A stretch of 64,000 nt of DNA from Hemiscyllium ocellatum (taxonomy: Eukaryota), in contig NC_083401.1 of the NCBI RefSeq assembly GCF_020745735.1, positions 96,593,740 through 96,657,739 on the forward strand, given 5' to 3'. Under the pieces are notes generated by a model, which worked only from the letters and a program-made list of their open reading frames with translations, made no database searches and was not told the DNA's origin. The translations under genes and the position numbers were made by a program. Positions 36,549 through 48,525 of this stretch are shown in pieces. The stretch's first letter is position 1. Each line of letters opens with the position of its first letter.

Positions 36549-36827
36549 ATGAAAACTTACCTTGAAGGAGCTGAGAGCCTGTGTGGAACGCACTGGAGGC
36601 CTGCATCACACTGGGGATGGTTGTTGGACTGGGGTCTGGTGCAGGCAGTCAGACAGCATGTGGAAGGCCCTGCGATGAGCTACTGCTATGTAATGTTTAT
36701 TTGTAATTTGTGTATCTGATTGTAATATCAATCCTTTTAACTATGTCTTATTTCTAATTTATACTGTGAATCACTGTAAAGTAATGTAACTACTTTTCTT
36801 TTTCATTCCTTTTTGTATCTAAGATCT

Positions 36828-37144
36828 GGGCGGCACGGTGGCACAGTGGTTAGCACTGCTGCCTCACAGCGCCTGAGACCCGGGTTCAATTCCCGACTCA
36901 GGCGACTGACTGTGTGGAGTTTGCACGTTCTCCCCGTGTCTGCGTGGGTTTCCTCCGGGTGCTCCGGTTTCCTCCCACTGTCCAAAGATGTGCGGGTCAG
37001 GTGAATTGGCCATGCTAAATTGCCTGTAGTGTTAGGTAAGGGGTAAATGTAGGGGTATGGGTGGGTTGCGCTTCGGCGGGTCGGTGTGGACTTGTTGGGC
37101 CGAAGGGCCTGTTTCCACACTGTAAGTCTAATCTAATCTAATCT
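36828..37144 (+). mobile_element. Young full-length HE1 (V-SINE) element
   Basis: tRNA-like head with A and B boxes (tggcacagtgg, gggttcaattccc), V-domain gtgtggagtttgcacgttctccccgtgtctgcgtgggtttcctccgg, and (CTAAT)n tail. Confidence 0.92.
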
Positions 37145-37511
37145 GTACCTAGGTACTTTATATCTAAGATAGTGCCATAAGAGGCAACATTGTAAAAGTT
37201 TTTACTGTACTCCTGCACCTAAGCACTTGATTGTAATAAAGGATATTGTACTTTTAATTTTAATTCTGTATGGCCAGTTTCCTCTATACAGTACTCTGCT
37301 GGCTGTCCTTGTTCTGAACACTATTGTACTGAGGTCACATGATGCAGCCAGCCTTGCTCAAAGAGCTAATTTGTCCTTGAAGAGAAGCTGTGCTGAGTAA
37401 TGTTTTATGAATTTAAAAGGTGAGTAATGGAACGGTGATAGAGAAGATTCATTAGTGTTGAAGGTGCAGAAGATGAAATATGCCATAATTCTGCAGGGGC
37501 TTAGAAGGCTT

Positions 37512-37788
37512 GATTAGATTGTCCACAGTGTGGAAACAAGCCCTTCGGTACAACCAGCCCACACCAACCCTCCAAAGAGTAACCCACCCAGACCTCTCAC
37601 TTAAACACCTAACACTACGGACAATTTAGCATGGCCAATTCACCTGACCTGCACATCTTTGAATTGTGGGAGGAAACCGGAGCACCCGGAGCAAACTCCA
37701 CACAGACAGTTGCCCAAGGCTGAAATCAAACCTGGGACCCTGATGCTGTGAGTCAGCAGTGCTGACCACTGTGCCACCATGCCACCCC
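37512..37788 (-). mobile_element. HE1/V-SINE
   Basis: Reverse-complement match to 36828-37144 with an internal deletion. Confidence 0.88.
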
Positions 37789-37874
37789 TAAAATTGAATT
37801 CAAATTTCACCATCTGCTGTGACAGGATTTGGACCTGGGTCCCCAGGACATTATCTGGGTCTCTGGATTAATAG

Positions 37875-38860
37875 CTGCAAATGTGTTGCTGGTCAAAGCA
37901 CAGCAGGTTAGGCAGCATCTCAGGAATAGAGAATTCGACGTTTCGAGCATAAGCCCTTCATCAGGAATAAGAGAGAGAGAGCCAAGCCGGCTAAGATAAA
38001 AGGTAGGGAGGAGGGACTAGGGGGAGGGGCGATGGAGGTGGGATAGGTGGAAGGAGGTCAAGGTGAGGGTGATAGGCCGGAGTGGGGTGGGGGCGGAGAG
38101 GTCAGGAAGAGGATTGCAGGTTAGGAGGGCGGTGCTGAGTTGAGGGAACCGACTGAGACAAGGTGGGGGGAGGGGAAATGAGGAAGCTGGAGAAATCTGA
38201 ATTCATACCTTGTGGTTGGAGGGTTCCCAGGCGGAAGATGAGGCGCTCCTCCTCCAGCCGTCGTGTAGTTGTGTTCTGCCGGTGGAGGAGTCCAAGGACC
38301 TGCATGTCCTCGGTGGAGTGGGAGGGGGAGTTAAAGTGTTGAGCCACGGGGTGATTGGGTTGGTTGGTTCGGGCGGCCCAGAGGTGTTCTCTGAAGCGTT
38401 CCGCAAGTAAGCGGCCTGTCTCACCAATATAGAGGAGGCCACATCGGGTGCAGCGGATGCAATAGATGATGTGTGTGGAGGTACAGGTGAACTTGTGGCG
38501 GATATGGAAGGATCCCTTGGGGCCTTGGAGGGAAGTGAGTGTGGAGGTGTGGGCGCAAGTTTTACATTTCCTGCGGTTGCAGGGGAAGGTGCCGGGGGTG
38601 GAGGTTGGGTTGGTGGGGGGTGTGGATCTGACAAGGGAGTCACGAAGGGAGTGGTCCTTGCGGAACGCTGATAGGGGAGGGGAGGGAAATATATCCTTGG
38701 TGGTGGGGTCCGTTTGGAGGTGGCGGAAATGGCGGCGGATAATACGTTGTATGCGCAGGTTGGTGGGGTGGTAGGTGAGAACCAGTGGGGTTCTGTCTTG
38801 GTGGCGGTTGGAGGAGCGGGGCTCAAGGGCGGAGGAGCGGGAAGTGGAGGAGATGCGGTG
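37875..38860 (-). mobile_element. Young 5'-truncated Penelope-like (Neptune-type) element with an uninterrupted Cys-linker/GIY-YIG frame, inserted in a tRNA-SINE
   Basis: ORF 38102..38869 (PCNRRKCKTCAH; IIYCIRCTRCGLLYIGETGRLLAERFREH; LGTLQPQGMN), CpG-rich. Host SINE text at 37790-37874 resumes at 38861. Confidence 0.92.
37933..37968 (-). ncRNA. Minimal type-I hammerhead ribozyme motif; predicted cleavage between 37937 and 37936
   Basis: Minus strand: attc CTGATGA A GGGC-ttat-GCTC GAAA CG TC gaat. Stem I attc/gaat; stem II has one G.U pair. Confidence 0.8.
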
Positions 38861-40456
38861 TACTACCACTAGGCCATCACTTCCCCTTCAAGAGGTGAGT
38901 GTGAGGTTGGGCAGCATGAGGAAGTCGTGTAAAGATTCACTCACTGACTTTGACCACCCATGTGAGTGTGAGACTTCTTTGTGACACTGGTTAGGTTCTG
39001 GCCAGGTGTTGATTTCCCTGGTTCCCTACTCCCACTCTGTTGTTCTTAGACTGTTTGGTTTCCAACAAAATAAGATTTTTCCCCCCAACCCAATCCATTT
39101 AGGAGAAAACCACGTTCCCCCATTTCTTTTTTATTGGTTTGGTGTTGACTCTTTGCATTTAAATTCCTGCAATAGTTTGCTACAATTTTACTAAGATGTT
39201 TAAGTTCTTATGTAAATTGCTTTGAGGTCTGAAATGGTCCACCAACAAAAAAGTAGACTTTCATATCTTAACACATTTGTATTGTGGTCAACAAAACTTT
39301 TGTGGCCAAAGTGTTATTTGCAAAATTATTTCTAACAGCCCATGCTGTGTATTTTGATAAATTAATTTTTTTCATGTTGGTAACATTTTAAATTCTCAAC
39401 TCCAGAAAAGAGTGCTATTAATAATGGGTCACCTTGCATTTTTTTCCTTTTACCAGTTGAAATGAAGAGCATGGAGATGTTGTTCTGCAGTCAGAAAATG
39501 GTCATCTGTCAAATAATAATGAAAACATTTTTATCAATAAATCAGTCATCAGTTGCAAATGCTGCTGAATGACATGCATTACCACACATAATTATATTTC
39601 AGCAACTGAACAAAAATACTTAGATAGCAAACAAAAACCTAATTTCATGAAAAGTTTTGTCGGTTAAGCATAGCATCACAAATTGGTCTCCTTACACTTT
39701 TACCCCTAGGGGTTATTTCTACATTTGAAATCTATGAAGTCAAAGTCGCAAAATGGTGGAGATGAATTCCTGAAGTGAGGATTTGGTGAATGTCTCTATT
39801 TTTAGTCTGTTGAGAACCTTAGAAATGATTGAAGAGGCATTTTGTGTTTGCACCTTCATCAACTAAACTATAATAGGTACAATGTTCAACGCTGGCAACT
39901 AGCTAAAAATGGGAAAATTGCCCAGACATGCCCTGTCAATAGAAAGTAGGACAAAACCCAATCCAGCCAAAGCCATTTCATTCAGCCTAATATCAGTAAA
40001 TACAGCAAAACCCGGACAACTCAGCTTGGAATGATAAGTGGCAATATGTGCTAAACAAATGCCAGGCAATGACCGTTCACCAATACCAAGTATCAATTTC
40101 CTGGATGTTACTATTAACCAGAAACTGAACTGAATCAGTCATATAAATACAGTGGCTATTAAAGCAGGTCAAAGGCGAGGAATCCTGCAGCCAGTAATTC
40201 ACTTCCTGACTCCCCAAAGTCTGTCGATAACATCTGTAAGGCACAATTCAGGAGTATGATGAAATACTTTCCACTTGCCTGGATGGGTGCAGTTTCAACT
40301 ACACTCAAGAGATTTGACATTATTGAGGCCAAAGCATCATTGACACTCTATCCACTACCTTTAACATTCACTCCCTCCACCTCCAATGGACAGTAGCAGC
40401 AGCATATACTATCCACAAGATAGGTGCACTGCAAAAACTCAGCAAGGCCCCTTTTT

Positions 40457-40763
40457 TTAGATTAGATTACTTACAGTGTGGAAACAGGCCCTTCGGCCCA
40501 ACAAGTCCACACTGACCCTCTGAAAAGCAACCCGCCCAGACCCATTCCCTTACATTTACCCTTCACCTAACACTACGGGAAATTTAGCATGGCCAATTCA
40601 CCTAACCTTTGGACTGTGGGAGGAAAATGGAGTACCCGGAGGAAACCCACGCAGACATGGGGAGAATGTGCAAACTCCACACAGATAGTTGCCCAAGGTG
40701 GGAATTGAACCCAGCCTGGCGCTGTGAGGCAGCAGTGCTACCCACTGTGCTACCATGCCACCC
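40457..40763 (-). mobile_element. HE1/V-SINE
   Basis: Full-length reverse-complement match to the HE1 copy at 36828. Confidence 0.9.
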
Positions 40764-40802
40764 AAAATTGGTTCAAAGGGCCTGTTTCCATACCGTGGGG
40801 AA

Positions 40803-41119
40803 TTAGATTACATTAGATTACTTACAGTATGGAAACAGGCCCTTCGGCCCAACAAGTCCACACTGACCCGCCGAAGCGCAATCCACCCATACCCCTACAT
40901 TTACCCCTTACCTAACACTACGGGCAATTTAGCATGGCCAATTCACCTGACTTGCACATCTTTGGACTGTGGGAGGGAACCGGAGCACCCGGAGGAAACC
41001 CACGCAGACACGGGGAGAACGTGCAAACTCCACACAGTCAGTCGCCTGAGGTGGGAATTGAACCCAGGTCTCTGGTGGTGTGAGGCAGCAGTGCTAACCA
41101 CGGTGCCACCGTGCCGCCC
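40803..41119 (-). mobile_element. Young HE1/V-SINE
   Basis: Near-identical reverse complement of 36828-37144. Confidence 0.92.
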
Positions 41120-41145
41120 ATGAATCTAATCTAATCTAAAAAATT

Positions 41146-41215
41146 GGGCAGCACAGTGACTCAGTGGTTAGCACCACTGCCTCACAGCACCAGGGGCCCA
41201 GGTTCGATTCCAGCC
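41146..41215 (+). mobile_element. Isolated HE1 SINE tRNA-like head
   Basis: gggcagcacagtgactcagtggttagcaccactgcctcacagc...ggttcgattcc. Confidence 0.8.
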
Positions 41216-41367
41216 CCTTAGTCCACACTTTCCAAACCTGTGATCTGTACTGTCTAGACGTAAAAATACAGCAGATACATGAGAACAAAACACCTTCAAG
41301 ATCCCATTCCAGTGGCCACACCACCCTGACGTGTAACAATATCACCACACCTTTACTATTGCTTATT

Positions 41368-42143
41368 TAGAGTCATAGAGATGTACAGCATGGAAACAGA
41401 TCCTTCGATCCAACCCATCCATGATGACCAGATAGCCCAACCCAATCTAGTCCCACCTGCCAGCTCCCGGCTCATATCCCTCCAAACCCTTCCTATTCAT
41501 ATACCCATCCAAATGCCTCTTAAATGTTGCAATTGTACCAGCCTCCACCACTTCCTCTGGCAGCTCATTCCATACTTTTATTTAGCCTCTCCCTGTAACT
41601 CAAATCCTCCAACCCTGGCAACATCCTTGTAAATCTTTTCTGAACCCTTTCAAGTTTCACAACATCTTTCCAATAGGAAGGAGACCAGAATTGCATGCAA
41701 TATTCTAACAGTGGCCTAATCAATGTCCTGTACAGCCGCAACATGACCTCCCAACTCCTGTACTCAATACTCTGACCAAGAAAAGAAAGCATACCAAACG
41801 CCTTCTTCACTATCCTATCTACCTGCGACTCCACTTTCAAGGAGCTATGAACCTGCACTCCAAGGTCTCTTAGTTCAGCAACACTCCCTAGGACCTTACC
41901 ATTAAGTGTATAAGTCCTGCTAAGATTTGCTTTCCCAAAATGCAGCATCTCGCATTTATTTGAAGTAAACTCCATCTGCCACTTCTCAGTCCATTGGCCC
42001 ATCTGGTCAAGATCCTGTTGTAACCCTCTTCGCTGTCCACTAGACCTCCAATTTTGATGTCATCTGCAAACTTACTAACTATACCTCTTATGCTCGCATC
42101 CAAATCATTTATGTAAATGACAAAGAGTAGAAGACCCAGCGCT
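41368..42143 (-). mobile_element. CR1 LINE 3' portion
   Basis: ORFs 41565..42002 and 41888..42166 (YINDLD, SKFADD, WQMEF, RDLGV, FWSPSY). Confidence 0.92.
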
Positions 42144-42618
42144 GAATGTGCTGGAACCCCTTTCATAGCAGCATTGTTGATGAGCCTACATGCTAAGGAC
42201 TGTATTATTCAAAACACAGTTCATCAACATCTTCTCAAAAGCAACTAGGGATGGACAGTAATTCCTGGCCTAGACAGTGACACAGACATCCCATGAACTA
42301 ATAAAGGGTAAAGTTAGAGTATGAGAGTAAAGTAGTTGGTAAGATAAAGACAGATTGCAAAATCTTTTTCAAGTATTGAATACAAGTTTAGCTGAAATAA
42401 CCATTGGTTCCGTGCAGGTAGAGATCTGAGAAGTAATCATGAGAATGAGGAAATGGCAGAGAGGTAGGCCACAAGAAACAGGAGCAGCTGTAGACCATAT
42501 AACCCTCAGCCTGCTCCACCATGCGCTAAAATCGTGGCTAACTTTCTACCTCAATTCCATCTTTCTGCCCACTTCCTACTTCCTTTGATTTCACGAGTGA
42601 CCAAAAATCGTGGTCACT

Positions 42619-43750
42619 CATAGAGTCATAGAGATACACAGCACAGAAACAGATCCTTTGGTCCAACTTGTCCATGCCGACCTAATCTAGTCCCATTTGC
42701 CAGCATTTGGCCCATATCCCTCTAAACCCTTCCTATTCACATACCTATCCAGATACCTTTTAAATGTTCTAATTGTACCAGCCTCCACCACTTCATCTGG
42801 CAGCTCAGTCCACACACACTGTGTGGAAAGGGTGCCCCTTAAGTTCCTTTTATATCTTTCCCCTCACCCTAAACCTCTGCCTTCTAGTTCTGGACTCCCC
42901 CATCCCAGAGAAAAGACCTTGTCCCTTTAACCTATTCATGCACCTCATGATTTTATAAACCTCTATAAGGTCCCCCCTCAGCCTCTGACTCTCCAGGGAA
43001 AACAACCCTAGCCTGTTCAGCCTCTCCCTATAGGTCAAACCCTCCAACTCTGGTAACATCCTTGTACATCTTTTCTGAACACTTTAAAGTTTCACAACAT
43101 CCTTCCGATAGGAAGGAGACCAGAATTGCACACAATATTCCAAAAGCAGCCTAACCAATGTCCTGTTCAGCTGCAACATGATGCCCCAGCTCCAATACTT
43201 AATGCTCTGAACAATAAAGGAAAGCATACCAAATGTCTTCTTCACTATCCCATCTACCTGCAACTCCAGTTTCAAGGAACCTGTACTCCCAGGTGTCTTA
43301 GTTCAGTAACACTCTGTAGGACCTTACCATTAAGTGTGTAAGTCGTGCTCTGATTTGCTTTTCCAAATGCAGCACCTCACTTTTATCTAAATTAAACTCC
43401 ATCCGCCACTTCTGAGCCAATTTGCCCATCTGATCAAGATCTGAGGTAACCTTCTTCGCTGTCCACTACATTTCCAATTTTGGTGTCATCTGCAAAATTA
43501 CTAACTATATCTCCTATGTTCATGTCCAGATCATTTATATAAATGACGAAAAGTAGTGGACCCAGCACCGATCCTTGTGTTATACCTTGAATTCCCTATT
43601 CCTGAGATGCTGCCTGGCCTGCTGTGCTTTGACGAATTCCCTATTCCTGAGATGCTGCCTGGCCTGCTGTGCTTTGACCAGCAACACATTTTCAGCTGTG
43701 ATCTCCAGCATCTGCAGACCTCATTTTTTACTCTGATCACAGGCCTCAGT
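42619..43750 (-). mobile_element. CR1 LINE 3' portion, interrupted at 43589-43732 by a Penelope tail
   Basis: ORFs 42850..43059 and 43084..43275 carry CR1 motifs; (AGAGTCAT) tail. Confidence 0.9.
43589..43732 (+). mobile_element. Penelope-like tail with a 45-bp perfect tandem duplication
   Basis: gaattccctattcctgagatgctgcctggcctgctgtgctttgac at 43589-43633 and 43634-43678, then the tail; same subfamily as 37875-37936. Confidence 0.9.
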
Positions 43751-43789
43751 CTTAAATATATTCAGCAAAGAAATGTCCAGAACAACATA

Positions 43790-45460
43790 AGGCAGAGGCT
43801 TCCCATTATTCACAACTCTTTGAGTGGAGAAATATCTTAAATCAACTCAACATTATGCGCTCCTTATCCTGAGGCCGCATCCCTGTATTCTAGAATTCCC
43901 AATCATGGAAAATAACCCCTCAGTCTCTAATCTATCAACCCCCTTCAAATTCTGGAATGTATCAATGCAGTCACCACTTATTCTTTTAAGCTGCAGAGAG
44001 TATATTTTAGTTTGCTCAGCTCTTGTCATAGTATAAGTATCTCATGCTAGGGATCAATCTAGTGAAACTTTGTTATATCATCTTCATGCAAATATATTCT
44101 TCTTTCAGTGGGGAGACCAAAATTACACACAGTACCAGCTATGACTTCACCAAAGCCCCGTACAATTGTCACAAGATTTCATTATTTGTGCAGTCAATTC
44201 CATTCAATAAAGGCCTACATGTAATTTGCCTTCTGAATTGTTTGCTGTAGATGCATGATACTTCTGTGCATTTCTCTATGTGTATATCCAAATTCCTCTG
44301 AACATTAACACTTAGTCGAATAGTGTGGTGCTGGAAAAGCACAGCCAGTAAGGCAGCATCCAAGGAACAGGACAATCAATGTTTCAGGCATAAGCCCTTC
44401 ATCAGGAATGAGGCTTGTGGGCCAAGGGGGTGGAGAGATAAATGGGAGGGAGATGGGCCTGGGGGGAAGATAGCTGGAAATACAATAGGTAGATGAAGGT
44501 GGGGATAAAACTTTCAGCCTCACCTTTATCTACCTATAACCTATCACTTTCACCCGCATCTTCATCTACCTATTTGCATTTCCAGCTACCTTCCCCCCAG
44601 CCCCACCCCCTCCCATTTACCTCTCTGCACCCTTTGCCCACAAGCCTCACTCCTCATGCCTGAAATATCAATCCTCCTGCTCTTTGGATGCTGCCTGACT
44701 AGCTCTGCTTTTCCAGCACCACACTCTTCAACTGTTATCTCCAGCAACTGCTGCCATCAACACTTAGTCTCAGGCCTTTTAAAAATATTCATATTATTTT
44801 TATTGTACCAGCCTCCACCACTTCATCTGGCAGCTCAGTCCACACACACTGTGTGGAAAGGATGCCCCTTAGGTCCCTTTTATATCTTTCCCCTAACCCT
44901 AAACCTCTGCCCTCTAGTTCTGGACTCCCCCATCCCAGAGAAAAGACTTTTCTATTCATACTATCAAATTAATGAACCTCATACTTTCTCATATTATTCT
45001 CCATTTATTATCCTGTTGCCCATTTATTTCATATCTGTTTACCTCTGCAATATCTTCATGTCTTTGTCATAGCTCACATTCCCATTTATCTTTGTATTGT
45101 CAGTAAATGCAAACACAGTATTCTTAGTCTGTTTGTCTAAGTCATTAAAATAGATTGTAAATAGCTGAGGCCTAGCACTGGTCCTTGCAGCACTCCACTA
45201 GACACAACTCCTCAAATTGGATATACCTCAATTGTTTCTCTTTGCTTCATATCCATTAAGTAATTTGTCTCCATGCTCGTATATTACGCTTGGTTCCATG
45301 CATCCTTTTTGTGCTAAATTTGTTGTATAGCGCTTTCCTGTGTGACATTTCAAAATCCAAGTAGGCTACATCTACTTGTTTCTCTTTATCTACTATACTC
45401 ATCACATCTTCAAAAAAACTTGAATAGGTTTGTCAAGCAGGATTTCCCTTTCACAAAATC
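43790..45460 (-). mobile_element. Older CR1 hosting a Penelope fold-back and a local duplication
   Basis: Degenerate CR1 text (ccccttcaaattctggaatgtatcaatg, gatcaatctagtgaa, tttgtcaagcaggatttccctttcacaaaatc). Confidence 0.7.
44318..44754. mobile_element. Penelope-like fold-back insertion with 15-bp TSD and a decayed HHR at ~44374-44409 (-)
   Basis: Minus arm ~44322-44505 and plus arm ~44540-44750. TSD cattaacacttagtc (44303-44317) / catcaacacttagtc (44755-44769). Confidence 0.8.
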
Positions 45461-46084
45461 ATAAGCACATTGGAGAAACCAGATGTTTAGCCATATGTTC
45501 CTACTGAATCAGTTCCTTGATAGATTCTTTGTGAACCTTGATTGCACTTCAAGACTCATAAATGTATTAACTCACCTTCTGTTTTGGAAACTGAAGAGGA
45601 ATGTTTCCTTTGCTTGACTGATATCTCTGTGGGGTTATAATAAATTATGCTACCTGCAACCTCTTTTGTCAATGTGTAAATGTTTGTTTGGACAGGTTTA
45701 AGAGGTGTGAAGTGGTTAAAGCTTCTATAATTGACCTATAATTGATTCTATAATTGACATTTTTATAGGAAATCATAGGAATGGCAATTTCTTTTGGTTT
45801 TGTAAAGGGTATTTTTCTCAGCGTTTTAAAACTTGCCATGTTATTCCATGCCTATGGTTTTGTACATAGTGCACACTGGATGAAAGGACAGCTGATGGAG
45901 GGGTCATGGTGACGGCAGGGAGGGTGCATTGTGGTGGTAGGGTGTGAGTAGTGAGAGTTAGGAGGTTTAACTGGTTTTAATATAACGGGGCTGAATTGCC
46001 TGCACCACTGCCTTGCCAAAGTAACAGTTGGCTGTTAATGGGCCCTTTAAATAGTGTAAATAATTCAGATAATTTCTAGACTCA

Positions 46085-46315
46085 GGCTTTTTCACACAGA
46101 GGGTGGTACGTGTATGGAATGGGCAGCCAGAGGAAGTGGTGGAGATTAGTACAATTGCAACATTTAAAAGGCATCTGGATGGGTATATAGGGAGGTTTTG
46201 GGGTGATATGGTCCAGGTGCTGGCAGGTGGGACTAGGTTGGGTTCGGATATCTGGTCGGCATGGATGAGTTGGACTGAAGGGTCTGTTTCTGTGCTGTAC
46301 ATCTCTATGACTCCA
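46085..46315 (+). mobile_element. CR1 3' end
   Basis: FFTQRVVRVWN...TFKRHLDGY; tail tctctatgactc. Confidence 0.88.
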
Positions 46316-47460
46316 TCCACCTCAGTAGTGAAAATCCAATCCGCTCTGTGAAGGCTTGTCCATGAATATAGGCCAACTGGATTAAGTACCAGATGGTAGC
46401 TGTTAAGCCTGGAAATGTATCACTGCAATCATCAAACTCTTTCAGGGTAGAAGAAAAGCAGTGGAATTAAAGCCGCAGAATTAAAGTTTGTATTAGTCTT
46501 AAAGGGGTGATTATGTGGCAGGTCCTGGCGTGTGGATGTCACACACCCAGCAACAATCTCAAAGTAGGTTTAATGGATTTGCTAAGACTGTCTGCCATTA
46601 AGTTAAAGTAAAACTAAACCTTATAAGGCAAAGATAAAAGCAGATAAAAGCAGGAGAGAATATCTTCCAGTAAATCAACATTTTGAATTCTTTACATTCA
46701 AAATGAACCTTTCCAACATTTGTCATAAGATTGGCAAAAGATGAATCAGACTCAAAATAATATATGCTATAACCTGCCAATCAATAAGATTACTTTTTTA
46801 CAGATCTGAGCCAAGTATTGGAATTGAGCTATATAAACAGCCTTAGTGTTCAAACCTAATAATAAATTGTTATCTTCAGTCAATGAACATTGTCTAAAGT
46901 AATGTTGGCTTAGTGGTGAAGTCAAGAGGGAAGTTTTCTTTAGGCATTTGTCAATAACAAAAGAATTTGTCTAAAATAGATAATCCAATAATGAAGATAA
47001 TTAAATTGTCAGAATGTCCCAATTGAAATATCTGAATTATACTTTTTATCTGCTATTTTAGCATTTCTGTCAGTTTGCAGGAAGTCATAAGGAAAACAGT
47101 TTTAAAAAGCTCAATTAATCTGGATCCATAGATTCCACCCTCTGCTTTGATGACTAAAGATGAAAATGTAATGCTTGGATGATCATTATCTCTAGAGCAT
47201 AAATGCATTTTTCATTCAAGAGTTTAGAAAGCTTTTAATGGAGATTAAAAGCAAAATAATTGTACTCAGTAATATTTCCATATTTAAACCTAAGTGCTTA
47301 TCATGCACAACCTCCATCTAGTTTGAACAGTTATATTTATTCAGTCATTTTCCTATTTTTCTGAAGCTTTTTTTTTAAAAATAGCAAGGCTTCCACTCTC
47401 AACTGTTATGCTGTTGCAAGAAAGTCCTGGTTGATAGGAATGTCCAAGTAGGGGACAAAT

Positions 47461-48525
47461 TGGTGCTGGGTCTATTTGTTTTTGTCATTTATATAAATGA
47501 TTTGGATGTGAATATAGCATGTTAGTAAGTTAGTGGTGGAGTACACAACAAAGAAGGTTACCTCAGGGTACAGCAGGACTTTGATCAGATGGGCCAAGGA
47601 GTAGCTAATCAAGTTTAATTTAGATAATTGTGCAGATAACACAAAAAATTAGTGGTACAGTGGACAGCGAAGAAGGCTACATCAGAGTACAGCAGGACTT
47701 TGATCAGATGGGCCAATGGGCCAAGGAGTAGCTAGTTTAGATAATTGTGCAATGCTGCATTTGGAAAGGCAGATCAGGGCAGGACTTACAAACTTAATGG
47801 TAAAGTCCTGAGCATGTTGCTGGACAAAGGCATCTTTGGAGTGCAAGTTCATAGTTCCTTGAAAGTGAGGTCACAGGTAGACAGAATACTGAAGGAGGTG
47901 TATGGTATGCTTACCTTTAATGGTCAGTGCACTGAGTATAGGAATTGGGAGGTCACATTGCAGCTGTACAGAACATTGGTTAGGCCACTTTTGGAATATT
48001 GTGTGCAATTCTGGTCGCCTTCCTATTGGAAGGATGTTGTGAAACTTGAAAGGGTACAGAAAAGATTTACAAGGATGTTGCCAGGGTTGATGGGTTTGAG
48101 CCATAGGGAGAGGCTGAATGGGCTGGAGCTGTTTTTCCTGAAGCATCAGAGACTGAGGCATGACCCAAAAGAAGTTTGGAAAATCACGAGGATCCTGGAT
48201 AGGGTGAATATTCAAGGTCTTTTCCTTGGGGTGGGGGGAGTCCAAAACTCGAGGACATAGGTTTAAGGTGCAAGGAGAAAGATTTAAAAGGTACCGATGG
48301 GGCAACTTCTTTATGAAGTGGGTGGTGTGTGTATGGAATGAGCTGCAAGAGGAAGTGGTGGATGCTGGTACAATTACAACATTTAAAGGGCATCTGGATG
48401 GGTATATGAATAGGAAGGGTTTAGAGGACTTGGCAATAGGACTCGATTAATTTAAGATATCTGGTCAGCATGGATGAGTTGGACCAAAGGGTCTATTTCC
48501 ATGCTGTACGGTTCTATGACTATAT
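47461..48525 (+). mobile_element. CR1 LINE 3' portion with internal ~100-bp duplication
   Basis: ORF 47745..48260 (LYRTLVRPLLEYCVQFWSPSY); tail tctatgactat. Confidence 0.9.

Larger units (their letters stand above)
39850..42305 (+). mobile_element. One old L2-type LINE (39850-40452, 41216-41366, 42145-42305) split by a SINE cluster and a CR1
   Basis: LINE motifs (aaatgccaggcaatgacc, aaggcacaattcaggagtatgatgaaatac) continue colinearly across the insertions and end in an L2-type tail. Confidence 0.7.

Noticed and set aside
36828-36900. tRNA gene (also 41146 and 50662)
   Set aside because: These are tRNA-derived SINE heads continuous with, or matching, the HE1 body; no proper cloverleaf or Pol III terminator.
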